A stretch of 64,000 nt of DNA from sequence record PZ862964.1; one strand, given 5' to 3'. Under the pieces are notes generated by a model that was not told the origin of the DNA, searched no databases, and saw nothing but the letters and a program-made list of their open reading frames with translations. This document shows positions 1 through 10,141 of this stretch, in pieces (position 1 is the stretch's first letter; each line of letters begins with the position of its first letter). This stretch comes from a phage. The position numbers and the translations under genes are program-made.

Positions 1-1435
<1,435 letters not shown>

Positions 1436-1438
1436 GCT

Positions 1439-1491
1439 GTTTACAAGTCCCTCGTGTTGTGTTATAGTAGTCTTACTGACACAACATGAGG
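1439..1491 (+). promoter_or_regulatory. Early promoter stem-loop cassette (PeSL-like) upstream of alc
   Basis: gtttac (1439-1444), 18-nt spacer, tatagt (1463-1468); imperfect inverted repeat cctcgtgttgtg (1450-1461) / cacaacatgagg (1480-1491) flanking the -10. Near-identical copy at 17095-17147. Confidence 0.6.
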
Positions 1492-1499
1492 ACTTTATG

Positions 1500-2003
1500 A
1501 TGGATTTGCAGCTTATTACTACTGAAATGGTCGTTGAAGCATACGGTGATACTACAGATGGGATTTCTGTATTCAAAGGAAATCGTCGAGTTGGATATAT
1601 CACCGATCTTAAGAAAGATTTAGCTAAGCAAGTCAAGCGGAAAACGACCATTAAAGAATATCGAAATCGTCGTCTTGAGCAAGCCCGTGATATGCTTCCT
1701 GATGCGGTTGAGGAGATGAAAGTCTTTTTAGAAAATCAACTCGCTAAGTATGATTGTGAAGTGTTCATTAATCAGACTCAACCTAATGTTCATATCAATA
1801 GCTGTAAATGCTATATCATCGTTAATCCTTTAACGGGAAAACATCGTCTTGGAATTAGTAATCCAAATCGTAGCGCATCGGATATGGCAGAAGATGTTGC
1901 GGCATGCTTTAAAATTTCTAAATCTCCGGCGGAACATCATATTTTAATTAACGGTCTTTCTCAAGACGATATTATAGAGGTTATTAAAACTTTATGCAAT
2001 TAA
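1500..2003 (+). CDS. alc: Alc, inhibitor of host transcription on cytosine-containing DNA
   Basis: 167 codons from second ATG; MDLQLITTEMVVEAYGDTTDG... matches T4 Alc as recalled; follows rnlA as in T4. Confidence 0.9.
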   Translation: MDLQLITTEMVVEAYGDTTDGISVFKGNRRVGYITDLKKDLAKQVKRKTTIKEYRNRRLEQARDMLPDAVEEMKVFLENQLAKYDCEVFINQTQPNVHINSCKCYIIVNPLTGKHRLGISNPNRSASDMAEDVAACFKISKSPAEHHILINGLSQDDIIEVIKTLCN

Positions 2004-2347
2004 GTAATACGACAGCAGGTTTGCTATTACTTGTAATAGTATTTGGCGGAACATCTATTATTTTAAAAAATAAGGTAGAAAGATTAGAAACATCAGTTAC
2101 TGAAATTACAAAAACGGCCAATGAAAACGCCTTAGCATTAAATAATTTGCGAATTCAGTATAATTATATTGATGCGATGAATAATAAAAATCGTGAGGCA
2201 ATTGCTGCTATTGAGCGTGAAAATGAAAAACTGCGCAAAGACGCAAAGAAGGCGGATGTGGTGGCTCATAAGCCAGGATTGGTTGAAAAACAAATCAACA
2301 ACTCCTTCAACAAGTTCGCAGAAGACATCCAGGACCTTTCTAAATGA
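1994..2347 (+). CDS. i-spanin (inner-membrane spanin, T4 pseT.3/RzA-like)
   Basis: 117 aa; N-terminal hydrophobic TM segment (AGLLLLVIVFGGTSIIL) followed by charged helical region; immediately upstream of a lipoprotein ORF. Confidence 0.7.
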   Translation: MQLSNTTAGLLLLVIVFGGTSIILKNKVERLETSVTEITKTANENALALNNLRIQYNYIDAMNNKNREAIAAIERENEKLRKDAKKADVVAHKPGLVEKQINNSFNKFAEDIQDLSK

Positions 2348-2643
2348 TTAAACTATCAGCAGTAATATTATCTATTGGTCTTCTAGTTGGTTGTTCGACA
2401 AAGCCTCTAGAAGTAAATAAAGAAACAGTTCATCCTAATTGGCCTGTGCAAATAAAGTCATATGACGAAGCTAAACTATCTTGGCAAGTTAAAGTTATCG
2501 ATGGTAGAGCTTGGGTCGGTATGCCATTTGAAGATTCCCAGGAATTTCGTATTTGGCTTAATGATGTAAAACGATATGTACATGACCAGAAAACTATGAT
2601 ATGTTATTATCGTCAAGAGCTAAAAGAGGATAAATGTAAATGA
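2344..2643 (+). CDS. o-spanin (outer-membrane lipoprotein, T4 pseT.2/RzB-like)
   Basis: 99 aa; signal peptide with lipobox LLVGC (MIKLSAVILSIGLLVGCSTKP); ATGA overlap with preceding i-spanin ORF. Confidence 0.7.
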   Translation: MIKLSAVILSIGLLVGCSTKPLEVNKETVHPNWPVQIKSYDEAKLSWQVKVIDGRAWVGMPFEDSQEFRIWLNDVKRYVHDQKTMICYYRQELKEDKCK

Positions 2644-2864
2644 TTTCATGGCATCAATTTGAACATCTCAAAGGATTGATTTATGAATCCGAGATGGCTG
2701 CAATGATTTATGGACGCCAGATTCAGCGGTTAGAATCTTTACCTCCAACTAATGATGTTTTATTAGCTCAATCACGTGCTAATCTCAAAAATGAATATCA
2801 AAATAAGTGGGGTAAAGCATCTAAAGACCTACATGATTATATTCAATCATTAGTTGAGAAATAA
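2640..2864 (+). CDS. Hypothetical small early protein
   Basis: 74-aa ORF, ATGA-type overlap with upstream gene; same-strand tight packing. Confidence 0.55.
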   Translation: MISWHQFEHLKGLIYESEMAAMIYGRQIQRLESLPPTNDVLLAQSRANLKNEYQNKWGKASKDLHDYIQSLVEK

Positions 2865-2867
2865 TAA

Positions 2868-4074
<1,207 letters not shown>

Positions 4075-4075
<1 letters not shown>

Positions 4076-4272
4076 TGGCGTGGCATCATGAAACTTGGTC
4101 TATTGTTATTGTAAATAGTGGTTTAGTTGGTACTAGTAATGGGCAATTTTGTGTATTCACCAGTGAAATCAGAGCTTGGGAGGAATGCCTTAAATTAAGA
4201 GAAAAGAATCCTGATGTTGAACTAACAGTAAAGAAAACTAAACTGCCTTTACCATGGAAAACGTATGAATAA
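4075..4272 (+). CDS. Hypothetical small early protein (cd.x-region ORF)
   Basis: ATG overlapping pseT stop (TAATG); ORF-track ORF 4045-4272 trimmed to this start. Confidence 0.45.
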
Positions 4273-4465
4273 CCTAGAAAAGATTTATCGTCTTTGTGAT
4301 AAAATTGAAAAAGAAAAGAAATATCTATTTTGTTTATGGCCTATTGTTAATGGAAGAGTAGGTTTAGATGTTCTTGATTATGAAACAGAAGACAAAGTAG
4401 ATGGCGCAACTTTTGATAACGCTTTGGATGTTATTGATTGGCTCGAAGAAAATTATGTGAGGTAA
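4265..4465 (+). CDS. Hypothetical small early protein
   Basis: 66-aa ORF, acidic; tight overlap with neighbours. Confidence 0.5.
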   Translation: MNNLEKIYRLCDKIEKEKKYLFCLWPIVNGRVGLDVLDYETEDKVDGATFDNALDVIDWLEENYVR

Positions 4466-4467
4466 AT

Positions 4468-4743
4468 ATGTTTCCGACTTATTCTAAAATCGTAGAAGTA
4501 GTGTTTAGCCAAATTATCGCTAATAATATGTTTGAAAAGCTTGATAACGCAGCTGAGCTTCGAATTCATGCTCAAGTGACTCATGTATTGAATACTTTGC
4601 TTCCAGGCCAGGTGGATTCTATTGCAATTACGTTGTATCCAGGTTCAGCACATATCATTGTCGTATTCGGTCTTGATGCTGAGCTAGTCATCAAAGGTGA
4701 TATTCGCTTTGAATCACAGACATCAGAATTCAAAGCAATTTAA
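4468..4743 (+). CDS. Hypothetical small early protein
   Basis: ATG at 4468 preceded by RBS gagg; ORF-track ORF 4438-4743 trimmed. Confidence 0.5.
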   Translation: MFPTYSKIVEVVFSQIIANNMFEKLDNAAELRIHAQVTHVLNTLLPGQVDSIAITLYPGSAHIIVVFGLDAELVIKGDIRFESQTSEFKAI

Positions 4744-4745
4744 TA

Positions 4746-4784
4746 GTTTACTTTACGGTAGAGTTGTGATATTATAGCTCTACC
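4746..4784 (+). promoter_or_regulatory. Early promoter stem-loop cassette (PeSL-like)
   Basis: gtttac (4746-4751), ~18-nt spacer, tattat (4770-4775); inverted repeat ggtagag (4757-4763) / ctctacc (4778-4784) flanking -10; RBS gagga then ATG 4806. Confidence 0.55.
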
Positions 4785-4805
4785 AAAACAAATGAGGAAA
4801 TTGAA

Positions 4806-5333
4806 ATGAGCGAATGGTTTGAAGAAGATAAGGTTTATCGCTTTAAAACTGGGTATAAAGATATTTTTAATGAAACTTGCGGGGCTAATAAACGAATTGC
4901 CCAGTTTATTGGGGAAAATTCATTTAAAGTAAAAATAGATCCTGCGAAGAATGTTATTAGCATTAAACGCGAAATTGATGACTGCTGGTATAAAGCTATT
5001 GATGTAATGGGCGAATCCTATAAAGATAGCCCGTTATTTTCAATTGCTTATATGTTAGAATATTCTTTTTTCGAAGAAGTTCAAAAAGATGATTCTGTCA
5101 GTAAATTTGAAATTAAAGCTGATAAAGAAATTAAGTGGAAAGTAGTAGGTATTACTGGTTGTATGTTTTATATCTATGCTCAAACTGATACGAAGGAAGA
5201 AGCTAAAAAGAAAGCTCTAGAATATCTTGAAGAGCATGAAGAAGGTCCGGTAATGATTACTCAAGATGCTGAATTAGTTTCTGTCAAATTAGTTAAAAAT
5301 GTTGAAAGTAAGGAGCTGGGATCAACATGCTAA
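4806..5333 (+). CDS. Hypothetical early protein
   Basis: 175-aa ORF with own promoter and RBS (aaatgaggaaattgaaATG). Confidence 0.6.
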   Translation: MSEWFEEDKVYRFKTGYKDIFNETCGANKRIAQFIGENSFKVKIDPAKNVISIKREIDDCWYKAIDVMGESYKDSPLFSIAYMLEYSFFEEVQKDDSVSKFEIKADKEIKWKVVGITGCMFYIYAQTDTKEEAKKKALEYLEEHEEGPVMITQDAELVSVKLVKNVESKELGSTC

Positions 5334-5563
5334 GTGAAAAACCGATTACTGTTAAAGAATTCCAAGAAAAAGTTAAACTATTTGCACAGGAATTAGTAAA
5401 TAAGGTTTCTGAACGATTTCCTGAAACATCGGTTCGTGTTATTACCGAAACTCCTCGTTCAGTATTAGTAATTGTGAATCCAGGTGATGGCGATCAAATA
5501 TCGCATCTTAAACTGGATTTTGATGGATTAGTTGAAGCACAAAGGGTGTATGGCGTACTATGA
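5327..5563 (+). CDS. Hypothetical small early protein
   Basis: 78-aa ORF overlapping neighbours by a few nt. Confidence 0.5.
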   Translation: MLSEKPITVKEFQEKVKLFAQELVNKVSERFPETSVRVITETPRSVLVIVNPGDGDQISHLKLDFDGLVEAQRVYGVL

Positions 5564-5898
5564 TGAATTTAACTGATATAATTGATAATTGTCTTGAAAA
5601 TGATACTGGCGATCATAGAGCGCTTGATTCTGAAACAGCACAGTTCATTAGAATAACTTTAATGAATGACACTCTAGTGAATAGTATTCATCCTTCTGTA
5701 TATGATGCTATTATTGTGACGAAGTATCCAGTTGAGCTTCACAAAAAGATGGTTGGCGCAATTTTTATTGATAAGAAAAACCGCTTTAAAGATGGGCAGA
5801 ATATAATTAGTTCTGTTATTAAAAGTATAACTAAACTTCGTCACGAAATTTATCGTGTTGAAACTGCTAAATCTGCTTATCTGGTGATTATGAAATGA
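5560..5898 (+). CDS. Hypothetical early protein
   Basis: 112-aa ORF (start ATG 5560 or 5563), ends overlapping cd start. Confidence 0.5.
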   Translation: MMNLTDIIDNCLENDTGDHRALDSETAQFIRITLMNDTLVNSIHPSVYDAIIVTKYPVELHKKMVGAIFIDKKNRFKDGQNIISSVIKSITKLRHEIYRVETAKSAYLVIMK

Positions 5899-6476
5899 AA
5901 GCGAGTACAGTACTTCAAATTGCATATTTAGTATCACAGGAATCAAAATGTTGCTCCTGGAAGGTAGGAGCAGTAATTGAAAAGAATGGACGTATTATTT
6001 CTACTGGGTATAATGGTTCACCCGCAGGGGGTGTGAACTGTTGTGATTATGCTGCTGAGCAAGGTTGGTTGTTGAATAAGCCTAAACACACTATCATTCA
6101 AGGTCATAAGCCTGAATGCGTATCATTTGGTTCAACTGATCGTTTTGTTTTGGCGAAAGAACATCGTAGCGCTCACTCTGAATGGTCGTCTAAAAATGAA
6201 ATTCATGCTGAACTAAATGCAATTTTGTTTGCTGCACGAAATGGTTCTTCTATTGAAGGTGCTACTATGTATGTAACACTTTCTCCTTGCCCAGATTGTG
6301 CAAAAGCGATAGCTCAATCTGGTATTAAAAAGCTGGTTTATTGCGAAACATACGATAAAAATAAACCTGGCTGGGATGATATTCTGCGAAATGCGGGTAT
6401 TGAAGTGTTTAATGTTCCTAAGAAAAACTTGAATAAGTTAAATTGGGAAAATATCAACGAATTCTGTGGTGAATAA
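5895..6476 (+). CDS. cd: dCMP deaminase
   Basis: 193 aa; cytidine/dCMP deaminase zinc motifs (HAELNA... PCPDCAKAI); matches T4 Cd length and sequence as recalled. Confidence 0.92.
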   Translation: MKASTVLQIAYLVSQESKCCSWKVGAVIEKNGRIISTGYNGSPAGGVNCCDYAAEQGWLLNKPKHTIIQGHKPECVSFGSTDRFVLAKEHRSAHSEWSSKNEIHAELNAILFAARNGSSIEGATMYVTLSPCPDCAKAIAQSGIKKLVYCETYDKNKPGWDDILRNAGIEVFNVPKKNLNKLNWENINEFCGE

Positions 6477-6712
6477 TGAAATTTCGTTTGGTAAAGCTCA
6501 CAGCAATTAGTTCTTATTCTAATGAGAACATCTCATTTGCTGTAGAGTATAAGAAATATTTTTTCTCTAAATGGAAACAGTATTATAAAACTGATTGGAC
6601 TAGTATTGATAGACCATATAGTTGGAAATCTGATTTAGAAAAATGCCAAAAATTACTTTCCACCCTTAAAGAACGTGGAACAACTCATATTAAAACTGTA
6701 ATAGGTAAATAA
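6476..6712 (+). CDS. Hypothetical small protein (T4 31.2-position)
   Basis: 78-aa ORF between cd and gene 31. Confidence 0.5.
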   Translation: MKFRLVKLTAISSYSNENISFAVEYKKYFFSKWKQYYKTDWTSIDRPYSWKSDLEKCQKLLSTLKERGTTHIKTVIGK

Positions 6713-7021
6713 ATGAAACTGACAACTGAGCAGAAAGTAGCAATTCGTGAAATTTTGAAAACTAAATTGTCCATGGGTGTTTCAAACGTAGTTTTTGAAA
6801 AGTCTGACGGTACTATTCGTACTATGAAAGGTACTCGTGATGCAGACTTTATGCCAACCATGCAAACTGGTAAATTGACTGAATCTACTCGGAAAGAATC
6901 TACTGACATGATTCCAGTATTTGATGTTGAACTTGGTGCATGGCGAGGTTTTTCTATTGACAAATTGATTTCCGTTAATGGTATGAAAGTTGAGCATTTG
7001 CTCCAATTTATTGGTAAATAA
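6713..7021 (+). CDS. Hypothetical small protein (T4 31.1-position)
   Basis: 102-aa ORF between cd and gene 31. Confidence 0.5.
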   Translation: MKLTTEQKVAIREILKTKLSMGVSNVVFEKSDGTIRTMKGTRDADFMPTMQTGKLTESTRKESTDMIPVFDVELGAWRGFSIDKLISVNGMKVEHLLQFIGK

Positions 7022-7078
7022 ATGCTTTAAGAATTATTTGTTATTATTAATTCATCTGTTAACAAAAAAGGAAAAACG

Positions 7079-7414
7079 ATGTCTGAAGTACAACAGCTAC
7101 CAATTCGTGCTGTCGGTGAATATGTTATTTTAGTTTCTGAACCTGCACAAGCTGGTGATGAAGAAGTTACAGAATCAGGACTTATTATTGGTAAACGTGT
7201 CCAAGGTGAAGTTCCTGAACTGTGTGTAGTTCACTCTGTTGGTCCTGATGTTCCTAAAGGTTTCTGCGAAGTTGGCGATTTGACTTCTCTTCCAGTTGGT
7301 CAAATTCGAAATGTTCCGCATCCTTTTGTAGCTCTGGGTCTTAAGCAGCCAAAAGAAATTAAACAAAAATTCGTTACTTGTCACTATAAAGCTATTCCGT
7401 GTCTTTATAAGTGA
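7079..7414 (+). CDS. 31: Co-chaperonin gp31 (GroES analogue for capsid folding)
   Basis: 111 aa; [26 protein letters not shown]... matches T4 gp31 as recalled; RBS aaggaaaa upstream. Confidence 0.92.
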   Translation: MSEVQQLPIRAVGEYVILVSEPAQAGDEEVTESGLIIGKRVQGEVPELCVVHSVGPDVPKGFCEVGDLTSLPVGQIRNVPHPFVALGLKQPKEIKQKFVTCHYKAIPCLYK

Positions 7415-7422
7415 TATAAATA
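7415..7422 (+). promoter_or_regulatory. TATAAATA late-promoter-like motif downstream of gene 31
   Basis: Exact tataaata immediately after gene 31 stop, 119 nt upstream of rIII; followed by hairpin gaattg-agtt-caattc (7430-7447). Confidence 0.3.
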
Positions 7423-7540
7423 ATAATATGAATTGAGTTTCAATTCTATGTGGTAGTCTACAACTGAGAGATCTGTCGAAAGAAGATGAAATTCAGAAGA
7501 ACGTGACTACCGAGTTTTAATCTCTAACGAGAATTTTTAA

Positions 7541-7789
7541 ATGATTAAACAATTACAACACGCTCTTGAACTGCAACGAAACGCATGGAATAATGGTCAC
7601 GAAAACTATGGCGCATCTATTGATGTTGAAGCCGAAGCTCTTGAAATCCTGCGTTATTTCAAACATCTGAATCCTGCTCAAACTGCATTAGCTGCTGAGC
7701 TTCAGGAAAAAGATGAACTTAAGTATGCTAAGCCTCTGGCTTCTGCTGCACGAAAAGCAGTTCGTCATTTTGTGGTAACACTGAAGTAA
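7541..7789 (+). CDS. rIII: rIII lysis-inhibition accessory protein
   Basis: 82-aa ORF in the position and of the length of T4 rIII. Confidence 0.8.
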   Translation: MIKQLQHALELQRNAWNNGHENYGASIDVEAEALEILRYFKHLNPAQTALAAELQEKDELKYAKPLASAARKAVRHFVVTLK

Positions 7790-7867
7790 TTATGTTGACG
7801 AGGTTTATGGTTATCCTGTCGGTAAATATTCAAAACCTAAGTACCCCCTTGAGGGCTTGCGCAGGCA

Positions 7868-8086
7868 ATGCCAATAAGTCCTGCATTTTCGTTTAAAAGA
7901 GAATTTATAATGGCAAAACAAGTTAAAGCAAAGAAAGCAGTTGAAAAGAAAGTTGGTGATTCTAAACGCGCTGGTTACAAGCGTGGGTCGAACTCTCGTA
8001 TCAATCAAACTGTTGAGAAGATCATGCGCCGAGCACGTGCGGTTCTTCGAGATGATGCTTCTCGTTTTGGTAAGCAGAAAGCATAA
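7868..8086 (+). CDS. Small basic protein (Lys/Arg-rich), hypothetical
   Basis: ORF ending just before a strong terminator; alternative start ATG 7910 (MAKQVKAKKAVEKK...). Confidence 0.5.
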   Translation: MPISPAFSFKREFIMAKQVKAKKAVEKKVGDSKRAGYKRGSNSRINQTVEKIMRRARAVLRDDASRFGKQKA

Positions 8087-8090
8087 GTTG

Positions 8091-8120
8091 AGGACTCCTT
8101 CGGGAGTCCTTTTTTATTTT
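8091..8120 (+). terminator. Rho-independent terminator
   Basis: Hairpin aggactcc-ttcg-ggagtcct (8091-8110) followed by tttttatttt. Confidence 0.8.
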
Positions 8121-8139
8121 CCAAAGATTGCACAAAGTT

Positions 8140-8172
8140 GTTTACAGTACGGTTCCTTTGTGATAGTATTAT
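8140..8172 (+). promoter_or_regulatory. Early promoter stem-loop cassette (PeSL-like)
   Basis: gtttac (8140-8145), 17-19-nt spacer, atagta/tagtat -10; inverted repeat tttgtg / cacaaa around -10; RBS aaggag (8185-8190) then ATG 8197. Confidence 0.55.
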
Positions 8173-8196
8173 CTTACACAAACAAAGGAGAATAAA

Positions 8197-8529
8197 ATGA
8201 AAACGATTAATCTGAACTCTACAGTTAAAACTAAATGTTTCAATGGTAAATATAATGAAACTATGTGGTTCTTAATGGCAGTTGAAGGTGATATTATTGA
8301 AGTAGAAACAACAGAAGGTATGGGAACAGATTTCACCTTTACAATTCAAGTTCATAATTTCTTTACTGGTTGGATTTATGAATTGAATACAATAATCGTT
8401 GGAAAAATTGAACAAAATGAATTAGGCGAATGGCATTATGTTACAGCTCGCCAACGTGCCGAACGCTTAATTGAGAAGATGAAAAAAGTTGGTAAACTTG
8501 ACATGCAGCATTGGAAAGTAGTAAAATAA
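8197..8529 (+). CDS. Hypothetical early protein
   Basis: 110-aa ORF with dedicated promoter and strong RBS. Confidence 0.6.
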   Translation: MKTINLNSTVKTKCFNGKYNETMWFLMAVEGDIIEVETTEGMGTDFTFTIQVHNFFTGWIYELNTIIVGKIEQNELGEWHYVTARQRAERLIEKMKKVGKLDMQHWKVVK

Positions 8530-8531
8530 TT

Positions 8532-8571
8532 GTTTACTTTGGTACAAGATATGATATTATATACTTGTACC
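8532..8571 (+). promoter_or_regulatory. Early promoter stem-loop cassette (PeSL-like)
   Basis: gtttac (8532-8537), 17-nt spacer, tattat (8555-8560); inverted repeat ggtacaag (8541-8548) / cttgtacc (8564-8571) flanking -10; RBS ggag then ATG 8597. Confidence 0.6.
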
Positions 8572-8596
8572 GCAATTAAACATCTTGGAGAATAAA

Positions 8597-8962
8597 ATGA
8601 ACTACATTAACTTTGAACGTAAATATGTTTCTAATGGTATTGCAGGTTCTATTGATACCATCTGCCTTTGGAAACATCAAAATGGATCAGTATGCGAAAT
8701 TGAACAATATATGACTCCTAATTACGTTTATATGCGATTTGAAAACGGTATCACGGTTTCAATCACGATGGAAGGTTCCAACTTCAAAATCGCTCTGGAT
8801 GATGATTTCCGTCAACGCGATTTAGGGACTCATCCTTGCTGGAATGGCGTTAATCGCAAGCTTTTGGTTAAAACTTGGATTCGTCATATTCTGAGTAACA
8901 GAGCTAAACCTGAGCATCTTGAAGCAATCTTTGATGTAGTTCTTAATGAATTTGATATTTAA
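8597..8962 (+). CDS. Hypothetical early protein
   Basis: ATG 8597 after RBS ggag; ORF-track start 8585 is a TTG extension. Confidence 0.6.
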   Translation: MNYINFERKYVSNGIAGSIDTICLWKHQNGSVCEIEQYMTPNYVYMRFENGITVSITMEGSNFKIALDDDFRQRDLGTHPCWNGVNRKLLVKTWIRHILSNRAKPEHLEAIFDVVLNEFDI

Positions 8963-8971
8963 AATAAAATG

Positions 8972-8985
8972 GGGGCTTCGGCCCC
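8972..8985 (+). terminator. GC-rich tetraloop hairpin (terminator or RNA stability element)
   Basis: ggggc-ttcg-gcccc directly after the 8597-8962 ORF; no clear U-run. Confidence 0.4.
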
Positions 8986-9002
8986 TTACTGAGGAAAATA
9001 TT

Positions 9003-9290
9003 ATGTTTATGACTACTTATTTTGATACCCGCAAAAATTTCTGCGAAGTGGTTTTCTCAAAGGCGCCTAAAGACCTTCCTGCTCATTTGCAGCCTACCAG
9101 TGAATCGATTAAAAACTACGTTGATGTGGTTTGTCCTTTAGAGTTCCGTACTGTAAATGGGCGCGATACTTTAGCTATCACTAAACTCAATCGCGAAATT
9201 GACATTGACCCTTCAATTGCGCGTGAAATTAACATTTCTGATATTGGCGGCGGTAATGTTAAATCGCACGGTTTTCAGATGAGGTTCTAA
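9003..9290 (+). CDS. Hypothetical early protein
   Basis: ATG 9003 after RBS gagga (8991-8995); ORF-track start 8946 is upstream extension through the hairpin. Confidence 0.55.
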   Translation: MFMTTYFDTRKNFCEVVFSKAPKDLPAHLQPTSESIKNYVDVVCPLEFRTVNGRDTLAITKLNREIDIDPSIAREINISDIGGGNVKSHGFQMRF

Positions 9291-9487
9291 TGAAATTCTT
9301 TTTAGGTCAAACTGTTGAATTAAAGGGAGTTGGTATACCTGGATTAATTTCTAAGGTTCTACCTCCATTTAAATGGAGTGGTATTCAAATAAAAGAGGCT
9401 TATATTGTTTCCTGGGTAGATGGAAATGAAGACCTTCGTATGGGTGATGAATTATCTCCTATTTACGGATTAAAGGAATTAGTATGA
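9290..9487 (+). CDS. Hypothetical small protein
   Basis: 65-aa ORF, TAATG overlap with upstream gene. Confidence 0.5.
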   Translation: MKFFLGQTVELKGVGIPGLISKVLPPFKWSGIQIKEAYIVSWVDGNEDLRMGDELSPIYGLKELV

Positions 9488-9690
9488 ATATAATTAATAA
9501 GATTTTTGGAATTCAGTACATTAAGGTCACATATAAAGTAACAGATAAAAATCCATATACTGATGAACATGAAGAACCACAAGTTGAGTCTATTATATTA
9601 GAAAAGGACCCTAACTGGCCAGTTGAATTTCGTCTTCCTTGCTATGGTCATTGGGCTGATGTTGAAATTATAAGCATTGAAAATGTCTGA
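9484..9690 (+). CDS. Hypothetical small protein
   Basis: 68-aa ORF, ATGA overlap with upstream gene. Confidence 0.5.
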   Translation: MNIINKIFGIQYIKVTYKVTDKNPYTDEHEEPQVESIILEKDPNWPVEFRLPCYGHWADVEIISIENV

Positions 9691-10141
9691 GTTAGAGATT
9701 AGAAGCAATTTTAGATGGCCATCATGTGCATTAAGTAATTTCGCCCATTGGCCTTTCGTTATGGATGGTATTCAATTTGGAGGTCTCGAAGGATTCCTTC
9801 AAGGGTGTAAGGTGAAAAATGTTGAACAACAACGTCGTATATTTGGGTTATCCGGTCTTGCCGCCCAACAAGCTGGAAGGTCTTATGCAAGAGCTCAGGA
9901 CCGTGGGACCCTCTTCTGGCTTGGAGTTCCGTTTTCAAGATACTCCCCAGCGTGGAAAGAATTATACACAAATGCATATTTTGAAGCAGCGATCCAAAAC
10001 AGGGGCTTTCGTGATGCATTACAAGCCTCGAAAGGAAAAGTTTTGAAGCACAGCATGGCTAGTGGTCTAACAAAAGATGATACAATACTAACCGAAGCTG
10101 AATTTATTGATGTGTTAAACCTATTAAGAGACTCTCTATGA
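9683..10141 (+). CDS. NADAR (YbiA/DUF1768-like) domain protein, putative ADP-ribose-processing enzyme
   Basis: 152 aa from ATG 9683; motif LSNFAHWPFVMDGIQFGGLEGFLQGCK resembles the YbiA/NADAR core (SNFaaWP...DG...E.yFQ..K) as I recall it. Motif-level call only. Confidence 0.55.
   Translation: MSELEIRSNFRWPSCALSNFAHWPFVMDGIQFGGLEGFLQGCKVKNVEQQRRIFGLSGLAAQQAGRSYARAQDRGTLFWLGVPFSRYSPAWKELYTNAYFEAAIQNRGFRDALQASKGKVLKHSMASGLTKDDTILTEAEFIDVLNLLRDSL

Noticed and set aside
7941-8195. 84-aa + strand ORF spanning the 8091-8120 terminator and following promoter
   Set aside because: Crosses a strong terminator and a promoter cassette; overlaps the better-positioned 7868-8086 ORF in another frame.
9819-10046. 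75-aa + strand ORF in alternate frame inside the NADAR-like gene
   Set aside because: Fully nested in a better-supported ORF that has a recognisable domain; no RBS.
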